A stretch of DNA of 63,873 nt, filler included, from Conidiobolus incongruus B7586 (taxonomy: Eukaryota), in NCBI GenBank assembly GCA_000697335.1. It is 24 parts of 24 records of this genome, joined end to end, with 100 filler letters (N's around TTAATTAATTAA, not from the genome) between each part and the next. Parts side by side here need not be neighbours in the genome. Positions count along the whole stretch, not along the records: positions 26,411 to 28,619 come from JNEM01005618.1; positions 28,720 to 31,321 come from JNEM01005620.1; positions 31,422 to 32,636 come from JNEM01005622.1; positions 32,737 to 34,558 come from JNEM01005625.1; positions 34,659 to 38,101 come from JNEM01005626.1; positions 38,202 to 39,565 come from JNEM01005629.1; positions 39,666 to 41,686 come from JNEM01005630.1; 17 more parts are not named here. One strand, 5' to 3'. The notes under the pieces are model-generated. The model was not told where the DNA came from. It searched no databases and saw only the letters and a list, made by a program, of their open reading frames with translations. This document shows, in pieces, positions 27,801 through 41,786 of the stretch. Numbering within the stretch: the stretch's first letter is position 1; each line of letters starts with the position of its first letter. The translations under genes and the position numbers were made by a program.

Positions 27801-29163
27801 TTTAAAGGAGTTTTTATTGTTATTATTTGTATTAATAATAAATGATATAAAAAAATAGGATAATTCTTAAAAACAATATTTTTGCTAATAAATTTATATA
27901 ATATTTAGTATAAAATAAAAGTTATTTGATTAATATCGAATAAAGTCATATTGTTATAAATTGCAATAATAAACCTTTAACTTTATTTTCATATTTTATA
28001 AAAAAACTAGTGGGTTTTATGAATTGAAAAAATTAGTGAGCTATTTTTTTAACTAACTTTTTTGATTTTTTTTGGTTGAGTAATTAATTTTAATTTTAGA
28101 AAAAATTAGTTAAATTGAAAATTAGGATAGATTTAAGTAGGCTTAATATTAATAAATCAATTATTAATTATTTTTATCTTGTGAAATTATTTAGATTTAA
28201 TAAAATTTGATTTATTATAACATAAATAATTTTTCCTATTATTGTTGAATAATTTAACTATTTAACTATTATTTTATTATCAAATCATTTTTTTTTAAAA
28301 TTTGTTTTTTATTTTAATTATGAATATATATTTATTATTATTTAATATCATTTTTTATTAATTTATTTATTTATTTTGAATTTTTTTAAATTATAATCTT
28401 ATTAAATTTATTCAAAATAAATCAAAAAACATAATATAGAATATTTATTTTAAATATTAATTAAAAAAATTATTGATAAAGATATAGCCAATAAAATATA
28501 AATTATTTTATTATATCTTTGACTTTATTAAAATATTTTTCTATTTTACAAATAATAAATAATATATAAAATTTATATTAATTATTATAATTCTTAAATT
28601 ATATAAATTTATTAAAAATNNNNNNNNNNNNNNNNNNNNNNNNNNNNNNNNNNNNNNNNNNNNTTAATTAATTAANNNNNNNNNNNNNNNNNNNNNNNNN
28701 NNNNNNNNNNNNNNNNNNNTAAAATTATTAAATAATCATTTTATTCAAATATATCACTATAATATTAAATAATTTGAATTAATAATACAAATTATTTATT
28801 TTCCAAAAACCAATTATAATGAATAATTTAAAAATTATACTTTGATTTTAATAACTTTTTTTCTATAAGTTTAATAATATAAATTTTTATATTTAATTTA
28901 TATTTATATCTAATTCCTTAAATGATTTAAATCTGAAAATTAATTTAATTATATAAAAAATATTAATTTAACTAATAATTATGATTTTTTTCCTTTTTTT
29001 TATTATTTTATTGTTTTTGTGAATTATTAATTATTATTATTATCTTTTAAAATTTAACTTTATAATTTTTATTATTATAATATATAGATCAATTTATTAA
29101 AATTTTTAATATACTTATAAGTGTTATGATAGTTATTATTTAATTGATATTTTTCCTTATTTT

Positions 29164-29545
29164 TGTTAAGAGATTAGTTTTTTTTTAAATTTATATATAT
29201 ATTTCTATATAATTCAATTAATTATAAATTAATTGAATAATCTATACTTTTATAACTAAATTAATTTTATAAATAATATTAAACTATTCAATAAATAAGG
29301 TTTTTTCCTTTTAATTCTTACTATTTCTTATTTTTTACATTATTCTTAAAATAAAAACTATATTTTATTATTATTACCTAATATAAATTTTAATATTATA
29401 GTAACTTATTTTAGTGTAAAGCTAAATTAAACTTTATTTATATTTAATATTATATCTTATATTATTTTATTATATTTTATATTATATTATATTTATATTA
29501 AGTTTTTCTATATTATATTTATTTAACTACCATTACACTTTTATA
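29164..29545 (+). mobile_element. Solo LTR, family C, decayed
   Basis: Starts TGTTAAGAGATTAG, contains the family core (attacctaatataaat...aagctaaattaaacttt) and ends ccattacactt. Confidence 0.65.
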
Positions 29546-29599
29546 ATAATAGTGATTAAACTATTTAAATCTTATTAAAAAATCAATAACTACTTGTGT

Positions 29600-30917
29600 T
29601 ATTATTATTAAATTAAAGAAATAGGAAATTTTTTAATTTTTAATTTTTCAAATATATTATTAATTTCAAATAAAAAAATATATACAAAATAAATAGGAAA
29701 ATAAATAGTTTTAAAATATATATATATATATAATAACTTTTTTGATTAAAAAAATAATGTTTTAAAATTAGTTATTTGATTTAATCATGCTTAAACCAAA
29801 TAATAACTATTAAAGGTTTTTTATTTTAGTATCAGTAAAACTTAACCATAAACTCTCTAAAATCATTTAAAATTTACAAGCATCTTTTGGTAATAAAGCA
29901 TTATCTAAATCAACAATTTATTGCTAGGTAAATTACTTTAAAGCTAAGAAAGAAACTACCCAAAACTTGCTAAAAACTAAAAGGCTAATTTCAACTGTTA
30001 CTTTTTTAATTATTAATAGAGTAAAAAAACATATTGAAAAGCACATTTTTATTTTAATTAGAGAATTATCAATATATTTTAATATTAGTCACATAAGTAT
30101 TTTATATATATTAAAGTTTAAATTAAAATTAATTAATTAAAATACAGAATAAATACCTTATAATTTAACTAAAGCTTAAAAAAAGGCTAGAGTAGCTATT
30201 GCTAAACAAAATTTACTAAGGTATAACTAGAAACCAAAACTTTTACAGCAAATTATTATAACTGATGAATCTTAGATATTTTTGTATAATCCTTTATCAA
30301 AACATAAATTAAAATATTGGATTAAGTTAAATCAACCCTCTCTACAAATTCCTTTAAATAAACATTTTATTGATAAGCAAATATTAATTATTATAATAAA
30401 TTATAATATTATACTCTATTCTTATTTAGTTTTTAAAAGAAAATCAATTAATAGTAAACTTTATATTTCTTTTTTAAATAAAACTATTTCTAATTGGTAT
30501 TCTCAATATAATTTGTGAAAACCTATTATTTTATGTGATAATTATAAAATACATAGATTTAAAGTTATAAAATACTTTTTAATTAAAAATAACTGGAAAA
30601 AACTACCATATCTAGTTTATTTTTTAGATTATAACCTATATAATTATAATTGTTTTAGGCAATTAAAAAACTAGCTTACAAGAAAGAAAATTTCTACAAG
30701 TATATTTAATTTATTTATAAAATATCAAATTTCAGTTTTTAATAAAAAGAATTATTTTTTAGATATTAGATCTTTGCTAAAAGTATTGCAAAAAGTTATT
30801 AAAAATAAAAGAAATTATTAATTTTATATTATATATTTATTTTTACTCTTTATATATTAAAATGTTTATTTTTTTTCAATTGCAAAAAATTCCTATTATT
30901 TAAATTACAAGGTAATA
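29600..30917 (+). mobile_element. Full-length mariner (DD34D) element, ~1.32 kb, TA target, dead transposase ~29787-30821
   Basis: TIRs of ~30-35 bp (TATTA....AATT..A..AATAGGAA.TTTTT / AAAAAATTCCTATTATTTAAATTACAAGGTAATA). Motifs *IPYNLT (WVPHEL-like), IITDES*, and CDNYKIH...LPYLVYFLDYNLYN with 34 residues between the catalytic positions. Confidence 0.9.
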
Positions 30918-30959
30918 ACTTTATTTATTATTATTTTAAACATTATTTATAATTTATTT

Positions 30960-31321
30960 TATTTAAATTTAATTCTATATATTATTATATCATTAAAAAA
31001 ATATCCTTATATTATTTTTATAATAATAGTAGTTTAATTATTAAATAAGTTTAAAACTTTAATTTCTAAAACTTTATTACCTTTTAAAAAACTTACATAA
31101 ATAACTTTTGGTTAAAAAAATATAACTTAAAAAGCTTAAATCTAATAAACTAATTATTTCATTATTATTAATATATTAAATTATTTTTTTAATATTTTTA
31201 ACAATAAATTAACTATTTATAATAATTTTATAAACCTTTATAAGCTTAGAAATTATTTTAAAAATATAAAAAATTATTTTAATTAAATTTTTAATAAAGA
31301 TTTAAAAAATATCTTTAAATT
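30960..31321. repeat. Unclassified repeat family D (reverse complement of 43290-43352 joined to 43757-44020)
   Basis: aaatataacttaaaaagcttaaatctaa...attattaatatattaaat...aaattaactatttat is the reverse complement of the segment at 50220-50330 and 43757-43870. Confidence 0.6.
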
Positions 31322-31421
31322 NNNNNNNNNNNNNNNNNNNNNNNNNNNNNNNNNNNNNNNNNNNNTTAATTAATTAANNNNNNNNNNNNNNNNNNNNNNN
31401 NNNNNNNNNNNNNNNNNNNNN

Positions 31422-32636
31422 TATATTAAATTATCTGAAACTATAATATATAATTAAGGTATATTGTTTGTTAATAAATAAATATATTTAGATATATTTA
31501 ATAAACTATTAGACAAAAATATTAACCCTAATATTTAACTAAGGTGAGTTATAAATTTATGGATTTTTAAGATAAAGGGATATATTTAAGAATATATAAC
31601 TATATTATTTTTCTTTTTTTGCTATTTTTTATATAATATTTTATTAATATGCTAAATTTTTTTATTAATATCATGATATTTAAATCCCTTTTTAAAAAAT
31701 TCATTTATATATTAATTAACTTTATAAAAAAAATAAAACAACTTATGATATTATTAGAAATACTAGTGTTAGCTAGTTTATTATAATTAAGGTTATTAAG
31801 AATAATAATAAAAATATATTTAAATTTAAACTTAAATGTATTAGGATTATAAATGAATATAATAAGAAATATATCTATAGGTTAATTAATATAAGCAAGT
31901 ATAGTATTATTATAGAAATATAACAAGAATTATAAAACTATATAAGAATATTAGTTAATATTAATATAATTATATATGCTTTATATTAATATAGACACCA
32001 TTTATATTTTAAGAAAAAACACTCCTAATTAAAAAAAATCCTAGTATAAAGTTAAATGAGAGTCTAAATATTGCTATTAATATTAAATTAAAATTAATTA
32101 AAATAAGGTTATTTAGTTTAATAAAATAAATATATTTTAGTAAATTTAATAAAAAAGTTAAAAATTATAAAAAAATATAGAATTATTTTATAATTATCAT
32201 ATCAATTCTATCTAAAAATATATTTATAAATTATTTATTTTTTAAGGTTATATATTGTTTTTAAGTGTAAAATATCTTTATAAAGTTAATAAAGATTTTA
32301 ATATTAAGATATATTAAAGTATTCTAAATAATAAATTGAAAAAAACCATTAAATAATATAAGTTAAATAAATCTAATATTATTTTTAAATAAAATAATAC
32401 CCCTTGTTATATTATAATTTTTATTACCAAATAATTTAAAAATTATATAATAAAAGTTATAAAGTAGCTTTTTTAATCTTATAATCTTAATTTAATTAAA
32501 TATCTTTAGAATTATTTAAAAAATTTATTAAAACTTTCCCTCTAATAAAATATTTAAATTAGCTTCAAAAATATATTTAAAAAGTATAAAATAAGATTAA
32601 CCATATTTAATATATAAATTTAATTGATTTTATACC
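31422..32636 (+). mobile_element. Tc1 (DD34E) copy, truncated by gaps
   Basis: Collinear with 5386-6430, plus the inner part of the left TIR (ggtgagttataaatttatgg). Confidence 0.85.
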
Positions 32637-32777
32637 NNNNNNNNNNNNNNNNNNNNNNNNNNNNNNNNNNNNNNNNNNNNTTAATTAATTAANNNNNNNN
32701 NNNNNNNNNNNNNNNNNNNNNNNNNNNNNNNNNNNNATATTATAATATATTAATATTATTTAATATAAACTTTAATA

Positions 32778-34101
32778 TATTACTCTATATTTTTAATAAT
32801 AGGAATTTTTTGCAATTTAAAATATATAAATATTATAATATATAATATATAATATATAGAAATAAATATATATAATAAATTTAATAGTTTTTTTATTATT
32901 AATGACTTTTTATTATACTCTTCACAAAGATTTAATATTTAAAAAATAGTTTTTTTTATTAAAGACTAAAATTTAATATTTTACAAACTAATTAAATTTT
33001 TTTATAGAAATTTTCTTTCTTATAAGCTAGTTTTTTAATTACCTAAAATAATTATAGTTATATAAGTTATAATCTAAAGAGAATATTAAATATAGTAGTT
33101 TTTCCAGTTATTTTTAATTAGAAAGTTTTTTACAGCTTTAAATTTATATATTTTGCAAATATTATACAAAATAATAAGTTTTTTAAATTATATTAAGAAT
33201 ACCAATTAGAAAAAAAATATATAAAAAAGCAATATAAGGTTTATTATTAATTGATTTTCCTTTAGGAATTAAATAAAAGTAATATATATTATTATAATTT
33301 ATTATAATAATTAACATTCACTTATTAATAAAATGCTTATTTAAAGGGATTTATAAAGGGGGTTGATTTAGCTTAGTCTAGCATCTTGATTTGTGTTTTA
33401 ATAAAAGATTATATAAATAGATTTAAGCTTAATCAATTATAATTATTTGTTCTAAAAGTTTAAGCTTCTAGTAATATTTTAGTAAGTTTTACTTAATAAT
33501 AACTACTTTAGATTTTTTTTAAACTTTAGTTAAATTATAAAATACCTATCTTATATATTTAATTATTAATTTAAGTTTAAGTTTTAATATATATAAAATA
33601 CCTATAAAACTAATATTAAAGTGCTTAGATAATTCTCTTACTGAAATAAAAAGATATTCTTCAATATATTTTTTCACTCTATTAATAATTAAAAGAGTAA
33701 TAGTTAAAATTAGTCTTTTAAATTTTAATAAATATTAGATAGTTTTTCTCTTAGCTTTAAAATAATTTACTTAGCAATAGATTGTTAATTTAGATAATAT
33801 TTTATTATTAAAAGCTGCTTGTAAATTTTAAATAATTTTAAAAGGCTTATGGTTAAGTTTTAATGATATTAAAATAAAAAACTTTTGATGATTATTATTT
33901 GGTTTAAACTTGATTAAATTAAACAACTAATTTTAAAAAGTTAATTTTTTAAACTAAGAATTATTATATATATATATATATATATATTAAAAATATATAA
34001 ATTCCTATTAACTTTGTATATATTTATTTATTTCAAACTAATTATATGTTTGAAAAATCAAAAATTAAAAAATTTGCCATTATTTTAAATTTAAGGTAAT
34101 A
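32778..34101 (-). mobile_element. Full-length mariner (DD34D) element inserted into a family C solo LTR
   Basis: TIRs tattactctatatttttaataataggaattttttgc ... aatttgccattattttaaatttaaggtaata. The flanks 32737-32777 and 34102-34249 rejoin into family C sequence at a TA. Confidence 0.85.
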
Positions 34102-34249
34102 TTAATAACTTATCTTAGTTTAAAGCTTAATTAAAATTTATTTATATTTGCACACTATATTTTATATTATCTTATTATATTTTATACCATACTCTTTTTA
34201 TATTAAGTTTTCCTCTATATTATATTAGTTTATTATCATTACACTTATA
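34102..34249 (+). mobile_element. 3' half of a family C solo LTR (5' remnant at 32737-32777)
   Basis: acttatcttagtttaaagcttaattaaa...tttgcacactat...atcattacacttata matches the family core and 3' end. Confidence 0.75.
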
Positions 34250-35274
34250 AATATATTATATATATTAAAGTTTAAATTTAGGCTAAATAACAAAATTTAA
34301 ATAAATATTTTAGAAATTAATAAAAACTAAATTAATTATAAAAATTATAAAAAATTGATTGAAATATAATTAATCACAATGGTTTTTATATAAAATTTTT
34401 TTTTGATAATTATTAAATTTTTTAAAAAAAATTATTTAAAAACAATTCTATATATTGAATTTAAAATATTTTGTTTAATAAATTCCAATATAAAATAATT
34501 TTATTTATATGTAAATATTTATTAATAAAATAAATAATAATATTATATATTTTATATTNNNNNNNNNNNNNNNNNNNNNNNNNNNNNNNNNNNNNNNNNN
34601 NNTTAATTAATTAANNNNNNNNNNNNNNNNNNNNNNNNNNNNNNNNNNNNNNNNNNNNAATATTATAATAGTTGTTATCTAATTAATACCTTTTTAATTT
34701 AATATAATATTAAAAACTTAATTAATTATATTAAACTTTATTAACCTTTTAACTAATAATATTTGAATAGCTTTATTATTATTTAACTATATATATTTAT
34801 GCCTATATATTTCACCTAATTAAAAGAAAAGCTTATAATCTTTTCTTTTAATATTAATTTTAAGTTTCATTATCTTCTTATATAAATAAACCTTTGCTTA
34901 ATTATCAATATATTTGTTATTATTATTAAATTAATATTCTGATATTAAAGGATTATATTATTATATTCTTAAAATAATAAACGCTTTTTTTAACTTGGAC
35001 TATTATTATATATTTATATAGTAGTAGTAAATAATAAGATTTAAAAGTACTTTTATTACTATAATTAAAGAGTTTATATTTTTAACCTATTATTTTATAT
35101 ATAACTAAAGTAAAATTAATATTTAAAATTTTAATAATAATAATTATTATTTTATCAAATAATAAGATTATATGAATACTAATGGTATTATTACTAAGTA
35201 TAAAAAGAAATTAAAATAAAAAATAGATTTATTAGTTATAATAATTAATAGATATATTGAATAATTTAATGTTT

Positions 35275-36585
35275 TATTATTTAAATAAAAAATTATAAAA
35301 TGGAAAATTTTTAAATTTCTAATCTTTCAAATATTTTATAAATTTTGAAAATTTTTTTATAAATAAAATATATAGAAAAATAAATATTTTCAAACTATAT
35401 ATATATTTAAATTTAATTATTTTTTTATTAAGATATTTTGATTTTAAAATTCATACTTAAATTTAATCAAGTTTAAATTAATGATTATCAAAAGGATTTC
35501 ATTTTTTTATCTTCAAAACTTAACCATAAACCTTTTAAAATTATCCAAAGCTTGCAAATAGCTTATACAGATAATGTTTTATATTAAACTACCATATATC
35601 ATTGGTTTTGTGATTTTAAAGCTAAAAGGGACATTATTCAAATTTTACCAAAATTTAGAAAATTAATTTCCACTATGACTTTTTTATTAACCTAAAAATT
35701 AAAAAATATACTAAAAAATACCTTTTTATTTCTGTTTGAGAAATATCAAAGCAGGTTAATATTAATCATATAAGAATGTTATATTTACTTAAGTTTAAAC
35801 TTGGATTAATTAATCAAAATATAAAATGGATATCTTATAATTTAATTAAAATCCAAATAAAAATTAGAGTAATTATAATTAAATTAAATTTATTAAGATA
35901 TAGCCAAAAATAAAGATTTTTACAATAAATACTTATAATTGATTAATTTTAGATTCCTTTATATAATCCTTTAGTTAAAAATAAAATAATATATTAAGTT
36001 AAGCCAAATTAATCCTTTTTATAAATTCTAATAAATAAGTATTTAAATATAAATAAATATTAATCAATATAATAGATTATATTAATATATAGTCTGTTTA
36101 TTTATTATCTCAAGGAAAATTTATTAATAGTAAATTATATATTATTTTTTTTAAATAAAATAATTTCTATATGGTATTTTCAATATAAATTAAAAAAATC
36201 TATTATTTTGCATAATATTTGTATAATATATATAATTAAAACTGTAAAAATTTTTTAAATAAAAAAATAAAACGAGTTATCATATCTAGAATATTCACCT
36301 TATTATAAGTTATATTATTATAATTATTTTAGATAATTAAAAAAACTTAAAGAAAAAAAATTCTTGCAAATAAATTAAATTTGATTATAAAATATTAAAT
36401 TTCTGTTTATGATAAAAAGAACTATTTTTTAGATATTAGAAGTTTACCAAAAGTATAGAAAAAAATTATCAATAATAAAGTAAGCTATTAATCTTTTATT
36501 TTTAATTGATTTTTATATACTATTTATTAATTTATTTATTTAATTTTAATTTCATAATTATGCTATTAATTAATTTCTATTCTAA
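35275..36585 (+). mobile_element. Mariner (DD34D) element, second subfamily with different termini
   Basis: Transposase collinear with the other copies (KWISYNL, EYSPYY). The right end resembles 52410-52445 rather than 30880-30917. Boundaries are approximate. Confidence 0.75.
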
Positions 36586-38244
36586 TATCTATTTTTCAAG
36601 GTTTTAACAGAGTTAAAATCTTTTTAAATAACCTTATTAGTTATAATAACTCAAAATCTAATAAAAAACTAAAAGAATTTTTAGATATGTTAACTAAATT
36701 TCTTAAGGAAATTAAGCTTTAAATTTATATAACTTAAAAAAAATTTTAGTTTTTAAACTAACCTTTTATATATAATTTTAGTAATATAATTATCTTAAAG
36801 TTATATTTAATCTTATTAGTGGTTTTTTTATCCTAAATAATTTAAACAATAGACTAATTTAAATGATCAATTAAATAAAAGTTTATCTATTAGATATAAT
36901 TATTTTAAATTAAATCAAATTAGCAAAGATTATTTAAAACTTTTTTATTAGAAATTTATAAAAAATTTATTCAAATTATAATTATTTAACTTATATAATA
37001 ATAAAAAAACAGGTTTAAAAAGAAAACTTAAACTTAATTTTTTTGGTTATTTATTTTAAAGTTAATATAAAAATGGCTAGTTTTGTTATTTTAATTAAAA
37101 TAACTATTAAGATAAAAGATAATTATAATTATATTAAAGTAATTAATAAGAGTCTTTATATGAGCTTTGATAATTCTTTAACTAAATTATTTAATTTTAA
37201 TATTATAAATATATAAAATATATCAAAAAGGATTGCTTAACAAAAAAAAGTTTTATTTAAAAAAAATAAAAAATATTTCTTTTATAAAAAAATTAATATA
37301 AATCATTATATAATCAATAATTTAAGAAATTAGTTCAAAATAAAAACTCTAGTGATATAATTTTAAATAACAATGTTTAAGTGAATAATAAAGAAAATAA
37401 CCAATAAATTAATTAGTTATATTTAAATTTCATATATATAAATTAAAATAATGAGGAGAAATATTTGTTTAATACTTTATATATTGATTCTTTCATAATT
37501 ATATTCAAATAACCAAAATTTAATTTAATATTTATTAGAGAAAAAGAGTAATATTTATATAAACTCTTATTTATCAAATATTGATAAAATTAAGATATGT
37601 TTTTTATAAATCTTTAATAATACTTTAAATTAACACCTTATTTTTTCCTATTTAACTTTAAATAAAATCGTATATTGATTAATAAAAATATTGTTAAATG
37701 GTTTAAATTATTTTATAATTAAATGAAAATAATATTGAATTATATAAAAAGTACTTTATAAACTACCGAAGGATTTTTATATTATAATATTTTTTTAATA
37801 ATTAGTTATTTTGATATAATTTATTTTATATTTGGTTTTATAAAGTATTATATTATTTTAAATATTAATTAGTTTTAGAAGTATTATCTAAATATTATAA
37901 ATAAAAATTTATTTAATTAATATATTTTCTGGTTTTGTAATAATAATTTAAATAAAAAGTAAATAGTTAATTATATTATAAAAAATAATAATAATATTAT
38001 CTTTTCCAATAATATAAAAATTTTAAAAAAATTTTTTATAAATTTAATTAAAATATTAAAGACTTAATTCTATATAATCTGAATTAATTTTATTATTTTT
38101 TNNNNNNNNNNNNNNNNNNNNNNNNNNNNNNNNNNNNNNNNNNNNTTAATTAATTAANNNNNNNNNNNNNNNNNNNNNNNNNNNNNNNNNNNNNNNNNNN
38201 NCTTTATTTAATATTAATTTTATAATTATAGAAAATAATTTTAT

Positions 38245-39553
38245 TATTATCTTAAATTTATAATAATAGGAAATTTTTTAATTTCTAATTTTTCAGATAT
38301 ATTATTAGTTTAAAATAGATAAATATATATAAAGTTAATAGAAAATTATATATTTTTAATATATATATATTGATTTTTTTGATTAAAAAATTAATTTTTT
38401 AATATTTGTTGTTTAATTTAATCATGCTTAAACCAAATAATAATCATCAAAAGTTTTTTATTTTAGTATCAATAAAACTTAACCATAAGTCTTTTAAAAT
38501 TATTCAAAATTTACAAGTAACTTTTGATAATGAAATATTATTTAAATTAATAATTTATTACTAGGTAAATTATTTTAAGGCTAAAAAAAACTATTTATAA
38601 CCTACTAAAATCTAAAAGACTAACTTTAACTACCACTTTTTTAATTATTAATAGAGTGAAAAAGTATATTGAAAAATACCTTTTTATTTTAATAAGAGAA
38701 TTACCTAAGTATTTTAATATTGATCTTATAAGTATTTTATATATATTAAAGTTTAAACTTAAATTAATAAATAAAAATATAAAATAGGTACTTTATAATT
38801 TAACTAAAAGCTTTAAAAAAACTAGAGTAGTTATTGTTAAATAAAACTTATTGAAATATTACTAAAAGTTTAAACTTTTACAATAAATAACTATAATTAA
38901 TTAATCTTAAATCCCTATATATAATCCTTTACTAAAATACAAATCAATATGCTAAATTAAACCAAATCAACCCCCTTTATAAATCCCTTTAAATAAATAT
39001 TTTGTTAATAAATGAATGTTAATTATTGTAATAGATTATAATAATATATGCTACTTTAATTTAGCTTATAAAGGAAAATTAATCAATAATAAATTTTATA
39101 TTGCTTTTTTATATAAAATTATTTTTAATTGGTGTTCTTAATTTAATTTTAAAAAACCTATTATTTTGTATAATCATTATAAAATATATAAATCTAAAAC
39201 TGTAAAAAACCTTCTAATTAAAAATAACTAGAAAAAACTACCATATTTAGTATATTCCCTAGATTATAACCTATATAATTATAATTGATTTAGGTAATTA
39301 AAAAACCAGCTTATAAGAAAGAAAATTTTTACAAGGAAATTTAATTAATTTATGAAATATCAAATTTCAGTTTTTAATAAAAAGAACTGTTTTTTAAGTA
39401 TTAGATCCTTATTAAAAGTATAGCAAAAAGTTATTAATAATAAAAGAGACTATTAAATTAATATAATATATTTATTTTTATAATATCATATATTAAAATA
39501 TTTATTTATTTTTAATTGCAAAAAATTCCTATTATTAAAAATACAAAGTAATA
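38245..39553 (+). mobile_element. Full-length mariner (DD34D) element
   Basis: TIRs at both ends. The MLKPNNNHQKFF start is at ~38424, followed by *VLYNLT, LPYLVYSLDYNLY and KV*QKVINNKRDY*. Confidence 0.88.
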
Positions 39554-39665
39554 TTATAAATTTAANNNNNNNNNNNNNNNNNNNNNNNNNNNNNNNNNNN
39601 NNNNNNNNNTTAATTAATTAANNNNNNNNNNNNNNNNNNNNNNNNNNNNNNNNNNNNNNNNNNNN

Positions 39666-41686
39666 TAAATTAAAAACTATATTAATATTTAATAATATTA
39701 TAAAAATAGTTTAATTATTAGAATACTTATTAATAATAATATATTAAGATATATCTAGTTTTAACCAAAAAACTTATAATTAAATTAAATACTAAACAGA
39801 TTAAGAAATTTCTATAATAAACTTAAAATTAAGATTAAGATATTTGGATATATTAATTATTAATAAAAAATAAAAAATAAATAATTATTATAAAATATTA
39901 TTAGGTACCTTATAGATTTTGCTAGGAAACTCTAATTATAAATTTTAAGATAATAATGGATAATAGATTAAAGTTATTTAAGGTTTATATAAGTTGTTTG
40001 CTTTAATAATAAGTTTAGAATAAGTATAAATCAAATTTTAATTAACTTACTTATCTTATTAACTAAGGAGTATTATTTTATAAACTTTTTTTTATTAAAG
40101 TTTATTATTTCATAATTTAAAAGTCTTTTAAATAATATTTTAAATTGGTTCTTTTAAATGTTATAAAAGTTAATTAATATTATTACTTAACCTTTTTTAC
40201 ACTTTTTTTAAGAGATTAAAATATTTTCTTAGCTTTTGTTTTTCAAAAAAAAATAAATTATATTAAAAATTCTCTAACTTTTTTACCTTAGTATGTTTTT
40301 TAACCAATATAAATTTAAATTATATTAAAAAAAGTTCCTTAAATATAATACTAAATATTAAATGAATGTTATATTTCTTATAATATAGTAATCTTTAATA
40401 TAATAACTCTAAATTACTTAAAGGATTGTTTATCCCATGAAAACTTGGTTTTTATATATTATTTAATAAATGATTCAATTAGTGTTTAATTAAACCTTTT
40501 TATTTTACTATAAGTTTAAAGATAATAAGTTGTTGTTTTAATATAATATAATATTATAATGTTTTGTAACTGTTTAAAATCTCTTATATAGTGATAATTA
40601 TTATTTTTTAAAAGATTATAAATATTAGTAATCCTATAATCAATAGGTTTTATAATAATTAATGCTATATATTCTTTAGTTAATATTATAATTACCTATC
40701 AGGTTATATTTTCAATTATTATTAAAATATATATTTCCTTTTCTAGTGAGTTTAAAAGGGTAAATATAATTTAAGAGTTAATAATTAAAATTTAATTAGC
40801 AGGTTTTATGATTTGTTTAAGATTTTTTAAAACATAGTGTTTTAAAATATTAACAAACTTTATATATTTAAATAAAGTTTTTAAGTAATTTATTTAAACC
40901 ATTAATAATAAGGTTAAATTTTCTTATAAATAGCTTTATAATCAAAATATTTACCTTCTAAATAAATGATATCTATTTTTTTTCCTCTTAAAAATCTTAA
41001 TAATATTATTATATATTAAATTATTAAGTTAATATTGATTGAAAACTAATTATTTATTTTAATTAGAATAATTTATAACTACCATATATTTATCTTAAGT
41101 TTTATTATACTTAAGATATTTTATATAGGATTATAGATAATTAAATTTTTTTTTAAATAAAGTTTATATTTCAATATTTTAAAATTAGGTATTTTTTATA
41201 AATTAAGCTATATATAGGTTTATTTTAATTATATTAAAAAAGTCAGCATTTGTTTTTTTTCCTTTCATTATATATTATAATATAATTATAAACTAAGAGT
41301 TTTATTAATTAATAAATTTGTAAATAAAAAAAGTTAAAATTTACTAGGAAAGATTTAATTGATTGATAATATATGATAATATAAAATATTTAACTTATTG
41401 GAACATAATAAAAATATTAAATATTAAAAACAATATTTAGGTTTTTTTTTATAATAATAATATAATTTTCTTAAGCTAGTGAAAATTATTATAACTAGTA
41501 TTTTATAAGATATTCTTTGTGGTTATTATTATATTAAATTAAAATAACTCTTGTTATATAATTTAAAATATTAATAATTAAAATAAATATATAATTAAAA
41601 TTTAAAATATATTTTATTAAGTTAATAATAAATTTTTTTTTAATTTATTATAAGCTTTATTATATTTTAATAATTAAATATTAAAA
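39666..41686 (-). mobile_element. Decayed Ty3/Gypsy-type pol fragment (RNase H end + integrase), different from the 53.3-kb element
   Basis: Minus-strand motifs: GK..(T)NADF near 41230-41260; NYIYPFKLTRKGNIYILIIIENIT** near 40700-40770 (D.IGP..T..GN.YIL..TRW); TTTYYL*TYSKIK near 40500-40540 (T.YHPQT.G..E). Confidence 0.65.
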
Positions 41687-41786
41687 NNNNNNNNNNNNNN
41701 NNNNNNNNNNNNNNNNNNNNNNNNNNNNNNTTAATTAATTAANNNNNNNNNNNNNNNNNNNNNNNNNNNNNNNNNNNNNNNNNNNN

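Noticed and set aside
26411..28619. Probable further decayed TE sequence (also 34659-35270, 36590-37300, 45674-47002, 58703-59308)
   Set aside because: The composition looks hypermutated, but I could not recover diagnostic motifs or termini, so no call is made.
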